Translations under genes and position numbers: made by a program
Source: Alphaproteobacteria bacterium
GTDB lineage: Bacteria; Pseudomonadota; Alphaproteobacteria; Rhizobiales; JAKIUO01
DNA length: 64,000 bases
Direction of reading: 5' to 3'
NCBI GenBank assembly: GCA_024279115.1
Contig: JAJRRW010000068.1
Coordinates: 22,860 to 86,859 of the forward strand
Part shown: one piece after another, positions 1-9,035 of the stretch
Layout: each line of letters starts with the position of its first letter
Numbering within the stretch: the stretch's first letter is position 1
Notes under the pieces: generated by a model
Database searches by the model: none
What the model was told of the DNA's origin: nothing
What the model saw: only the letters and a program-made list of their open reading frames with translations

Positions 1-1
1 G

Positions 2-139
2 GCGGGCATGTTCTTGCATTTCGTGCCCCTGTTCGGCTCTGCTCTGGCCATCATTTTTCTGGGAGAACAGCTGTTTTTATATCATGCGCTGGGCTTTGGT
101 TTGATCTTGCTGGGCGTCACCACAGCGGTCCGGTCATAA
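2..139 (+). CDS. C-terminal end of an EamA/DMT-family permease (5' part outside window)
   Basis: Open frame from the window edge to TAA at 137-139. The translation AGMFLHFVPLFGSALAIIFLGEQLFLYHALGFGLILLGVTTAVRS looks like the last TM helix of EamA-domain transporters. Confidence 0.5.
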   Translation, partial: AGMFLHFVPLFGSALAIIFLGEQLFLYHALGFGLILLGVTTAVRS

Positions 140-156
140 GTGGCGCTCCTATGCGG

Positions 157-732
157 CTATCTGGCCAGCACTTTTGCAGCCTGTTCAAAGGGCGGGGTAA
201 GGGGACGCAATTGCACGGAGATGGCGGTAGGGATCGAATTTTTGAGAATGTGAAAAAAGCCGCGTATGCGAAATTGCTGATGGCCGCCACTGGCCACATA
301 TTCGCATGACACATCATGATAGGGAAACGCCGCGCGCGCGCCTGTGAAAACCGTCAATAGCAAGTGATTATAATTGGCAATCGGCCCCACAATATAGGCC
401 CGGCCAGCCCCCATCGGCAACGCTTGAGGCATAGCGCATGCCGCCTTGTTTTCGCGGGCAAGCCCGTTCACACCGCTGGTCGAAATATAGGGAACCGTGC
501 CGCCGCCGCGCCTCGAAAAATTGATCGAGAGGTCGAGATAAACAAAGCTGAGTTGCGCCAGGCCGGTCAGCTTGTCAATGATCGCCGCCCTTGTCTTTTC
601 ATCAACGGACAAAGGCACATCAATCGTGACTTTTTCGATCTCGACAAATGATACCGCCGCCGCACTTGCGGCAATGGCCCCAACCAGCAAAAACAGAACG
701 ACACACAAACCAGCAAACATATTCTTCAGCAT
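157..732 (-). CDS. Hypothetical membrane-anchored/secreted protein
   Basis: Part of the 157..858 ORF. The internal ATG at 732 is preceded by AGGAG (caaggagcatggaATG). It gives MLKNMFAGLCVVLFLLVGAIAASAAA, a signal/anchor-like N-terminus. No family recognised. Confidence 0.5.
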   Translation of the reverse strand: MLKNMFAGLCVVLFLLVGAIAASAAAVSFVEIEKVTIDVPLSVDEKTRAAIIDKLTGLAQLSFVYLDLSINFSRRGGGTVPYISTSGVNGLARENKAACAMPQALPMGAGRAYIVGPIANYNHLLLTVFTGARAAFPYHDVSCEYVASGGHQQFRIRGFFHILKNSIPTAISVQLRPLTPPFEQAAKVLAR

Positions 733-870
733 TCCATGCTCCTTGAAGACAGCAATTGCCCCTGTGTTCTTGTAGCGCAGAAAAGTGCCGATAAAAAGCA
801 CTCCCCGCCAGATCCCATAAACTGGGGAAGCAAGGAGTGCCAGATTATTTGGATACACCAGTCAGGGGAT

Positions 871-1857
871 CTAGCCAGCTCCGCGCGGATGATCTACACG
901 GGCCTTGCCAATGGCATCGTTCAATACTTCCTGGCGCAGTTTGATGGTTGGATCATTGGACAGGACATTTTTCATCCAGTCAAAACCTAGTTTGAGCAAT
1001 AGCTCATCGTCCGTGCGCAGCTCCTCCACCAGTTCGGGATCAATCAGATAGGTGGTCAAAAACTTGCTCTCGAAAACAAATTTGCGGAACATTTCAACAT
1101 CGGTTGTAGCCATGAAAAACATCTGCTTGGTCTTGTCGGGAACAACCGTGCCATTCGGCCCGCCCATAACTTTCCAGCTCGACATTTTCATCAAGATTTC
1201 GACCCAGCCCCGGTTCTGCTCATCATAGGCTTCAACCCCCTGTTCTTTTCGGAAATCTCCAACCGACTGGTCTTTTGGCTCTTCATGCCCCTGGCAATGA
1301 TCTTCCTTGACGAGGAAAAAGAAATCTTCGGGCCCCTCGGCGCCCTTCATGCGTACAGCGGCCATGCCAAGCGGGTAATAGCGGCAATTAACAGGACGGT
1401 CCTCATAGACCGTGCAGCCCTCTTCCTCATCCATGAACACGCACGCTCCCTTGCCATCCTTGCCGCTCATGCGCAGCTTGGCCACCGGCATATCGGCGCC
1501 GTGCCACATGGCAGGTATCGTGAACAGCTGCAAAAACTCCGCAGGCTTGATCGTCAGGTTTTTTGACAGGCGTATAATGTCAAAGGGTGTCAGCGTAATA
1601 TCGGCACCATGACAGCAGACATTCCAGCAAGACACGCCCTTGTGACAATTGAAGCAAAAATTGTCTGTCGATTTGATTTTAACAGGCTGAACCGGATTGC
1701 CATCACTGGAGCGCACCCCATCGAAAATATCCATATCCATGTCTTTTTCAGCTTCGCGGCGCGCACGGTCTTCCTCGTCGAGGCGATTGGCGTGCTCAAG
1801 CATGGTTTCTTTTTTCAGCTCGTCAATATCTTTTAGTGATTTCTTGTCGTCACTCAT
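871..1857 (-). CDS. YkgJ/UPF0153-type cysteine-cluster (putative Fe-S/Zn) protein with an acidic N-terminal region
   Basis: Cys cluster FCFNCHKGVSCWNVCCHG, plus later CVF..C and NCRYYP motifs typical of the YkgJ family. The ATG at 1857 (MSDDKK) has GGAG 8 nt upstream; an alternative start lies at 1875. Confidence 0.7.
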   Translation of the reverse strand: MSDDKKSLKDIDELKKETMLEHANRLDEEDRARREAEKDMDMDIFDGVRSSDGNPVQPVKIKSTDNFCFNCHKGVSCWNVCCHGADITLTPFDIIRLSKNLTIKPAEFLQLFTIPAMWHGADMPVAKLRMSGKDGKGACVFMDEEEGCTVYEDRPVNCRYYPLGMAAVRMKGAEGPEDFFFLVKEDHCQGHEEPKDQSVGDFRKEQGVEAYDEQNRGWVEILMKMSSWKVMGGPNGTVVPDKTKQMFFMATTDVEMFRKFVFESKFLTTYLIDPELVEELRTDDELLLKLGFDWMKNVLSNDPTIKLRQEVLNDAIGKARVDHPRGAG

Positions 1858-2092
1858 CTCGTTAACTCCGTTCATTGCCTATTGGCCGCTGACGCGCCTA
1901 ACGCTCGCCGCCCAATCTTCTCTACCAGGCGGGCAGCTTTTCAGCTGGAAGCAGGGGATGATCCCCTGCACCTCATTTGGTGATTTGCAATAGCATGTAG
2001 CACGACGGGGGAGAAAACGATAGTTGTTTGGCATGTGCTATGGCTAAAAGAGTGCGCTATGCTGTCGCGAGTGTGGAGCTTGTGCCATGCGC

Positions 2093-2527
2093 CTATGCGT
2101 CCTCATCCTTTGGAGCATAGGCTGCAAACACTTCGGGGCCGGTCATTTTACTGGTGTCATCGGCAAGGTCATAATAACCCGGCTTTTCATCAATGAAAAT
2201 CTGGTTGGTAAGAGTGAGGGAACTCTGGTCCTCAAGCAATCCCGCTGACAGCATGAATTCCCCCGGCCCCAGCAGCTTGTAATAAAGATTGGTTCCGCAA
2301 GTGCTGCAAAAAGCGCGCTCGGCCCAGTCGGATGATTGATAGGCGGTGATATGCTCCTCGCCGCTGATCTCGATATCCTTGCCCACATGCACCGCCATAT
2401 AGGGCCCACTCGCCCAGCGGCGACACATCTCGCAATGACATGTGCCAACCTGATGATGGTCTTTGGTGATTTTGATCTCGACAGACCCGCACAGGCATTT
2501 GCCAGTTCGTTGCACGGTTTCAGACAT
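2093..2527 (-). CDS. GFA/CENP-V family (glutathione-dependent formaldehyde-activating-like) zinc protein
   Basis: CLCGSV..CHCEMCRRW..FCSTCG Cys pattern diagnostic of the GFA domain. Start chosen at MSETVQ (2527); the ORF track extends to 2578. Confidence 0.8.
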   Translation of the reverse strand: MSETVQRTGKCLCGSVEIKITKDHHQVGTCHCEMCRRWASGPYMAVHVGKDIEISGEEHITAYQSSDWAERAFCSTCGTNLYYKLLGPGEFMLSAGLLEDQSSLTLTNQIFIDEKPGYYDLADDTSKMTGPEVFAAYAPKDEDA

Positions 2528-2850
2528 GTTGATCTCCCAATATTTTCGCCATCCCTTCAGAAAGGGGCAAGGTTTCATCGTCTGCGCGGCGGGCGGCAGG
2601 GGATGACCCCCTGCACCTCATCTTATTTTGGGGATATGTGTGACGGGGTGTCAAGAAGCAAGCTGGTGCAGATATACAAGCACACTCAGTACGAAATTTT
2701 TCCACAAACACTTGATCCCCCCCTTGCAAAATCGGTTTCCAAAGGCTGACCTTTGGTGCCAGCTGCATAAGCTGCCCCCCGGCGAGGGGATTATCGAAAG
2801 CATCCGTATTGCTCGAGAGGCCTCGCCATTGACAACCGATGCTCATTCAT

Positions 2851-2885
2851 CAAACAAAAAAGGGCGCTGGAAAAACCAGCGCCCT
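2851..2885 (-). terminator. Rho-independent terminator downstream of aprA
   Basis: Perfect 10-bp stem agggcgctgg/ccagcgccct with a 5-nt loop. It is followed on the minus strand by TTTTTGTTTG. Confidence 0.65.
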
Positions 2886-2944
2886 TTAAATTGTCTTATC
2901 TCACTGGCAAAGGCAAGCCCCGCCAAGTCAAACACACGCGTGTG

Positions 2945-4885
2945 TTATTTGTAGATTTTTTCCACAAGATCGATATGTGGACGTTTGATCATTTCCCATT
3001 CGCCGGTCTTTGGATCGACTTTCGAGTTGACGAAACATTTCCAGTTTTCTTCGTCAAGGTCGAGGAAGTCAGAGCGGTAATAGAAACCAGGATAACGACT
3101 TTCTTCGCGGAACAAGATGTGACGCAGATGCGCTTCACCAGTCCACATACGATGATAGTTTTCCCAGGCACGCATCAGCTCATGGAGATCTTTGGCGCGC
3201 ATGTTCTCACTGTCTTCTTTCAGCATGGCGAGATATTTCAAACCTTCTTCCAGCATAATGCCGTTGGTCTGGTAGTAAGTGGCAACGCCAGCTACATACT
3301 CGTCCATGATTTTCTGCAGACGCATCTGGAACATTTTAGGAGTGATATAATGCGGGTTGATATCTTCCGCAGTGGTCTTGTCCTTATGCTCCATATAGGT
3401 GCGAACAGGCTTGTAGATTTCGTCAGCAAAGCCTTGCGCAGTGCCGTCAAATTCTGGTGCGAAATCGGCGTGATCCTGACAATATTTGACCATTGCCTTA
3501 CCAGCGATACGACCTTCAGCATGTGAGCCTGAAGAGAATTTATGACCAGAAGCGCCAACACCGTCACCAGCTGTAAACAAGCCTTCAACAGTTGTCATGC
3601 GGTCATAACCCCACTGCCATTCGGCAGGCGCGATATCGGAAGGTCCAGAGACCCAGATGCCGCAGCAACCAGAATGTGATCCAAGCAGATAAGGCTCGGT
3701 TGGGATCAGCTCTGATTTGCTTTTCTCAGGGCGAATGTTGAGACCGGCCCAAACGCCAGCCTGTCCAATGCACATGTCGAGGAAATCTTCCCAGGCTTCA
3801 GCAATCAAATGCTTGTACTCGGTTGGATCCATTTTCTCGGCAAGGGCCGCAAGCGCTGTTGGTGTGTCCATGAAGATCGGGCCTTTGCCGTCTTTCATTT
3901 CTTTCAACATCGCATGGTTACGAAGACAAGACGGGATCACGACAGCTTTGTCGTAAGGTCCGTACTGTTCGAGCATGGCAGCGTTTTTGACGAGATAGTC
4001 TTCACCAAAAGCGTTGGTTGCTTTTGATTTAAAGAGCAAGAACCAGGCGCCCACAGGACCATAACCGTCTTTAAAACGGGTTGGAACGAAGCGGTTTTCC
4101 ATCATGGTCAGCTCGGCGCCGACTTCGGAAGCCATGGCATAAGTAGAACCAGCGTTCCAGACAGGATACCAAACACGGCCCATGCCTTCACCTGTTGAGC
4201 GAGGACGGAACACGTTCACAGCACCACCACAGACGTTGAGGATTGCTTTGGCCTTGAAGACGTAGATCTTGTCTTCGCGGTTTGAGAAACCAACAGCACC
4301 GGCGATACGGTTTGGATTGTTTTTGTCGAGCAGATATTTAACGATGAAGACGCGCTCATAGATGTTTTCCATCCCCAGAGCTTTCTTGGCAGCTTCCGCA
4401 ACAATCATCTTGTAGCTTTCACCATTGATCATGATCTGCCAGCCGCCGGAATGAACGGGCTTGCCGCCATCTTTGAGCAGTTTGCCACCTTTGGACTGCC
4501 AGCTTGCGCCATCAACGCGCTTGCCGTCTTCCATTTCTTTCCAAACAGGCAAACCCCATTCTTCAAACAGATGAACCGAATCATTCACATGACGACCAAC
4601 ATCATAGACGAGGTCATCACGGGTGATGCCCATCAGGTCAGCAGCAACATACTGGCAATATTGCTCAGGTGTTTTGCCATCGAGATAGGTGTTAATAGCA
4701 GACAGGCCCATGGCAACCGCACCAGAGCGATCCATAGCAGCTTTGTCTACGAGCGTGATTTTAAGATCGTCGCCAGCCCAGCGCACAGCTTCATAAGCCG
4801 CGCCACAAGCTGCCATACCACCACCCACGAACAGGATGTCGGTATCGATTTCGACGATTTCCGGCTCGCCAAAAGTTCCAGCCAT
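2945..4885 (-). CDS. aprA: Adenylylsulfate (APS) reductase alpha subunit
   Basis: 646 aa. N-terminal FAD fold DILFVGGGMAACGAA, with overall AprA-like sequence and length. Lies immediately downstream of aprB. Confidence 0.95.
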   Translation of the reverse strand: MAGTFGEPEIVEIDTDILFVGGGMAACGAAYEAVRWAGDDLKITLVDKAAMDRSGAVAMGLSAINTYLDGKTPEQYCQYVAADLMGITRDDLVYDVGRHVNDSVHLFEEWGLPVWKEMEDGKRVDGASWQSKGGKLLKDGGKPVHSGGWQIMINGESYKMIVAEAAKKALGMENIYERVFIVKYLLDKNNPNRIAGAVGFSNREDKIYVFKAKAILNVCGGAVNVFRPRSTGEGMGRVWYPVWNAGSTYAMASEVGAELTMMENRFVPTRFKDGYGPVGAWFLLFKSKATNAFGEDYLVKNAAMLEQYGPYDKAVVIPSCLRNHAMLKEMKDGKGPIFMDTPTALAALAEKMDPTEYKHLIAEAWEDFLDMCIGQAGVWAGLNIRPEKSKSELIPTEPYLLGSHSGCCGIWVSGPSDIAPAEWQWGYDRMTTVEGLFTAGDGVGASGHKFSSGSHAEGRIAGKAMVKYCQDHADFAPEFDGTAQGFADEIYKPVRTYMEHKDKTTAEDINPHYITPKMFQMRLQKIMDEYVAGVATYYQTNGIMLEEGLKYLAMLKEDSENMRAKDLHELMRAWENYHRMWTGEAHLRHILFREESRYPGFYYRSDFLDLDEENWKCFVNSKVDPKTGEWEMIKRPHIDLVEKIYK

Positions 4886-4927
4886 AATTAAATTCCTCCA
4901 AGTTTTACAGCATGCATGACGTCCCTG

Positions 4928-5428
4928 TCATGCAGCTACACAATATTGATATTCCATTGCAGCTGGCCTCGCTCGGTTAGAGCGAGCCAGCACAACAATG
5001 TCGTTGTTAAGCGATTGTTGGCAGATCACCTCTTCGGTGAACAGGTTGAGGCCATTGATATCACCTGGCTCTGGCTTGTTGCCATAGGGATCAATTGATC
5101 CAACTGGCGTTGTGCGAACCGGGAATTTGTAGCGCTCAACAGCTCCGTCGCGGAACTTGATAGTCCACATAATGGCACTATCGGTACGCAGTGGGATCAC
5201 AGCGCCGCCCATTGGAACCCAGTCAGCAAAAGCGCGGACTTCGATGGCCTGCTGTGGGCAAGCTTTCACGCAGCACTGGCATTCCCAGCACTGTTCAGGT
5301 TCCTGATTGAAAGCTTTCATGCGCTCGGTGTCGAGCTTCATGAGGTTATTTGGACAGATATACATACAAGCGGTGACTTCACCACCTTTACAACCGTCGC
5401 ATTTGTCAGTGTGAACAAAAGTAGGCAT
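4928..5428 (-). CDS. aprB: Adenylylsulfate (APS) reductase beta subunit (2x[4Fe-4S])
   Basis: MPTFVHTDKCDGCKG..CMYICP and CWECQCCVKACP ferredoxin motifs plus the AprB-type C-terminal tail. Gene order is aprB-aprA. Confidence 0.95.
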   Translation of the reverse strand: MPTFVHTDKCDGCKGGEVTACMYICPNNLMKLDTERMKAFNQEPEQCWECQCCVKACPQQAIEVRAFADWVPMGGAVIPLRTDSAIMWTIKFRDGAVERYKFPVRTTPVGSIDPYGNKPEPGDINGLNLFTEEVICQQSLNNDIVVLARSNRARPAAMEYQYCVAA

Positions 5429-5760
5429 ACTTGGGTTCCCTCCTCCTCGTCGTGGGCATTCGCCCTCGTGGATTATATTGATATAAGAATGAAAGGGATT
5501 TCATGCCCCTCTCCGAGCCGCAATTAGTTGGACTGTGCGGGTTTGTATACCATTTTGACGACAAGTTCAATTGCATCTCCTTCAAATATTCTAATTTTTT
5601 AATTTATGTTTTTTAATAATTCTAAAAAGCAATTATATTGCAGATATTTATCGACCTCGCCAATGACCATTTTCGCCTTAGTCATCGCGCCGTTATTGTT
5701 CAAGAGGTCGGCAATTTCAAAGCCGCGTATATTTTCATACGAAATCATATATCTGATTGA
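5429..5760 (-). promoter_or_regulatory. AT-rich upstream/leader region of aprBA
   Basis: A very AT-rich tract (ttctaattttttaatttatgttttttaataattctaaaaagc) sits upstream of aprB, inside a roughly 700-bp ORF-free interval. The exact promoter was not resolved. Confidence 0.3.
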
Positions 5761-6127
5761 TTAAAGCTATTTTTTAACAGTGAGAAAGCCGGCTTACTGG
5801 CGCGCCATGGAGCGTTTCTGAAAGCCGAAATATCATTTGGCCGCTATAAAAACCGGACATCACTGACAGCCAGTTCGACGCTTGTGCTCATGAAAATCTT
5901 GAAAGTGACAAAGATTGCTGGCGATCGCCCAAAAAACCTTCAAGCTCACCCAATCTTGTATGGAATATCTCGGCGCGCCTGCTATTGGCTCCAAATATGG
6001 CAAGGACGCGAGTCACCAATTGCGGCTTTTGATTCCCTCTTGCTGGAATTTTGACACCGCCTCCCTGGCCACAAATATTGCCAGTCCGGTTGGCGCAAAC
6101 CAACCCCCACCATGAAAGTCAAAAATT

Positions 6128-6607
6128 TCATTCCAATAAATCGATGATTTCAACTTTCTTCTTGGCTTTGGCCACGTCGAGCGCCGTCTCGCCATCCGCG
6201 TCGCAGGTCTTGGCGCTGGCCCCGTGCGATAAAAGCAGTTCCACAATATCTTTTTTGCCACGTGCCGCCGCCCAGTGCAAAGGCGTGCCACCATGCTTGT
6301 CGACAAAACTCGCATCTGCCCCACATTCGATATAGGCATGCACGATCGCCACATTGCCGTTGCGGATACCCTCGATCATGTTTTCGCTGTCATTGAGCTT
6401 GTTGGTGTTCCAGCCCGACACGCCAAAATAGACCAGTTCCCCGTCTTTGACTATTTGCACCATGGGCTCATATGTCAGGGCCTGTGTATCCACCACACAA
6501 GCGCCATTGCCATATTCTTTGGCCGCCGTCTCGGCTCCTTGCATCGATTGAAAGCCATACATAACGCGCCCATCAGGTGAACGCGTAAAATATCTGTGCT
6601 TGGCCAT
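6128..6607 (-). CDS. Ankyrin-repeat protein
   Basis: The C-terminal half carries ANK consensus GGTPLHWAAARGKKDIVELLLSHGA and DGETALDVA. Confidence 0.8.
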   Translation of the reverse strand: MAKHRYFTRSPDGRVMYGFQSMQGAETAAKEYGNGACVVDTQALTYEPMVQIVKDGELVYFGVSGWNTNKLNDSENMIEGIRNGNVAIVHAYIECGADASFVDKHGGTPLHWAAARGKKDIVELLLSHGASAKTCDADGETALDVAKAKKKVEIIDLLE

Positions 6608-6638
6608 ATGGCTGTTCCCTTTCTCACTACTTCCCTGG

Positions 6639-6757
6639 TTCTTTATTGTAACCTGCTTCTTATCGAAAAACCGGTGCCCACTTTTGTCGGAAGCACTCTT
6701 TGCTCTACCGTGCTTCTTATCGAAAAACCGGTGCCCACTTTTGTCGGAAGCACTTTA
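6639..6757. repeat. Tandem pair of repeat module D (44-bp perfect direct repeat, 57-bp period)
   Basis: tgcttcttatcgaaaaaccggtgcccacttttgtcggaagcact occurs at 6654-6697 and identically at 6711-6754. The same family recurs at 25116-25182 and 39284-39350. It has an internal gtgcttc/gaagcac stem. Confidence 0.8.
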
Positions 6758-7447
6758 ATATGGCACATCCACCGCCTTGCACAAGAAGCGCATCAGCGGG
6801 CTGGCGGCTTTAAAGCCATTGATGACATCTGTTAAGAAATCTCGTCGCGCCGCCTTGGTTGTTGTGGCGCCATGCATCAAGAAAAAGCTTTTGCGTTTTA
6901 GATCCTCAATATGGGGATGATCGGCATCATAACCGCGCGGCGGCCGCTTCAGACGATCGCCGCGCAACTCTCCAAACATGGCGTTGAGCTTTTTATTATT
7001 GCGAACACGGCTCCAGCCAGCCCGATCATTATCAATGCTTTGCCGGATGCTTTTGATCTGCCTGGACGCAGGCATCCAGACGCCGCCGCCATAGCGAATA
7101 TTACCGGGCTCCAGATGCACATAAAAACCTGGAGCATGAGCATCGCGCCCGTTCATATGACGAAATTGGATCGCAGCGTTGTCTTTATAGGGCCGCTTAT
7201 CTTTAGCGAACCGCACATCACGGTAAATGCGAAACATCGAGCCGCCGTGCTTCTTCGGGTTGGCGATAAAACAGGGCGATATTTTCTCCAACGACTCGGC
7301 AATGTCCTCGATAAAATCGAGAATCGGCTCAATCACCTGGCGATCATAGCGCTGCTTGTTCGCAGCCAACCATTCGCGAGTATTATGTTCTTTAAGGTCG
7401 ATAAAAAACTGAAAAAACGCTTCATCAAAGCCGTTAAATTTTGTCAT
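6755..7447 (-). CDS. DUF2461 (TIGR02453) family protein
   Basis: Family-typical sequence: FFIDLKEHNTREW, FRIYRDVRFAKDKRPYK, PGFYVHLEPG. Confidence 0.8.
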   Translation of the reverse strand: MTKFNGFDEAFFQFFIDLKEHNTREWLAANKQRYDRQVIEPILDFIEDIAESLEKISPCFIANPKKHGGSMFRIYRDVRFAKDKRPYKDNAAIQFRHMNGRDAHAPGFYVHLEPGNIRYGGGVWMPASRQIKSIRQSIDNDRAGWSRVRNNKKLNAMFGELRGDRLKRPPRGYDADHPHIEDLKRKSFFLMHGATTTKAARRDFLTDVINGFKAASPLMRFLCKAVDVPY

Positions 7448-7577
7448 GACCCGAGCGTTAGCAGAAAAGCCAAGAATCAGATAGCGGCTTATTCATAGCG
7501 ATAGCTTTGGCGCAGGTTTTTCGGCCAGTTACCGTAGACATAAAACAGGCTTTTACAAGGGCTTGACACGCTTGTAT

Positions 7578-8174
7578 TCAACTGTTTGGAGCGCGAACAA
7601 TCTGCACGGGGGCGCCTTTGTCTCGGGGAACAAAACTGGCGAACAAACGAATAGCTGTTGCCTCCATGGACCGAAACCGCAATTTGGCAAATGGCAGAGC
7701 CAGCTTCGACAGCTTGAAATCGGCTATTTTTTCGATACCTGCAGCAACCTTACTCGTTCGACCCGTATAAGGGCCAAATTGCTGCATTTTTTCAATACCG
7801 ACCTTGCCTGGCAGGCGCTTGGCCACTTCTCTTTCCCCGGAAAATTCAATCACCGTCACAAGGCTCATTTTAAAAACCGAAAAGCCTTTATAGACGCCCA
7901 GCAAATCCGGCGACAGCGCCCCGATAGACAGTCCGATGCGCGCGCTATTTTCTGGCCGCTCTGACGCTTTGATCATCAAGGGCGAACTGGCCCATTACCA
8001 GCCACGCGCGGCAAATGTCCGATCAAGGAATGATGTTAATGAGGTAGGTTGAGTGCCAAAATGCGCGGGAAGAGGCTTGAACTGAAACGAAAATCCCATT
8101 GCGCATGCCCGGGCAAAAACAGGTGCCACACCAACCAGCAGCAAGGTGGCAAACAAAAACAACAATGATTTCAA
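7578..8174 (-). pseudogene. Secreted hypothetical protein interrupted by one in-frame TAA (or two adjacent small ORFs)
   Basis: A TTG at 8174 sits behind gggaggg and gives KSLLFLFATLLLVGVAPVFARA, which looks like a signal peptide. The same frame continues into the 7578..7979 ORF, broken only by TAA at 7995-7997. Confidence 0.35.
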
Positions 8175-8441
8175 TTCGAACCCTCCCTATGGAATGTCGG
8201 TATGACCACGAAAGTCACCTTCTGACAAACGCCCCCCCCAATAACAGCCAGGCCAGCCTCACACGAGCTAGAATTGACATGCCCAAACTCAACCATGCGA
8301 ACAATCTTCATGGGGGCTGCGCTGTATCTTGAGGTGCAAAAGCGGCGCGAACTGGTTTTTATATTGAACCAGATCCAGTGTCGAAACGACAAATAAATAT
8401 AGGCTTCAAGCTTATGCTTATTTAATTCAAAGGAGTGGACA

Positions 8442-8786
8442 ATGATTTACAAGATTTTACTGACCTCTATCGCCATCGTGATGAGCACCACTATCGGCAG
8501 CGCCATGTCATTGGGTCCAGCCACCTCGCAACTGGGAGCATCCGTTGGCAACAACCAGCTGCAATTGATCGCGGACCGAAAAGACACGCGATCGAAACGG
8601 CGCGGTAGCCGCCGTAATACTAACAAGCTGTCGGCCTCACGAGGAGGCGTCAAAGACACCTGCCCTGGCGGAAACAAGCCCTGTATCAAAAAGCTTAAAG
8701 CCAGTTGCGACAAAGCCGGTGGCGGATTATCGACCGAGCCAGATGGCGGCGTGGACTGCTATGTCGTTGGTATTCATGACCAATAG
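8442..8786 (+). CDS. Small secreted basic/Cys-containing hypothetical protein
   Basis: RBS aaaggag lies 8 nt upstream. N-terminal signal-like MIYKILLTSIAIVMSTTIGSAMS. No family recognised. Confidence 0.5.
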   Translation: MIYKILLTSIAIVMSTTIGSAMSLGPATSQLGASVGNNQLQLIADRKDTRSKRRGSRRNTNKLSASRGGVKDTCPGGNKPCIKKLKASCDKAGGGLSTEPDGGVDCYVVGIHDQ

Positions 8787-9035
8787 TAGATGAGCCCCGG
8801 CGATATGAGGCTTGGAATGTTCCCCCTGGCATTTCGAGCCTCGAATTCCCTCTGGCGAGGTAATCCCAATGACAAGGGCGGGACCACCAATGCGGCCCCG
8901 CCCTTCAAATTTCGATATGTGTCACCCCAGCGGGGGCTGGGGTCCATACTCCCTTGCCCCTCAATTGAGAGAATGAACCCCCAATCGAAAGACTTGTGTA
9001 TGAATCCTCGCCTGCGCGGGGATGACAAATTCAGT

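Noticed and set aside
6639-6757. Possible CRISPR array (identical 44-bp direct repeats)
   Set aside because: There are only two units with a 13-bp spacer. The unit belongs to the dispersed module-D family, and no cas genes are present.
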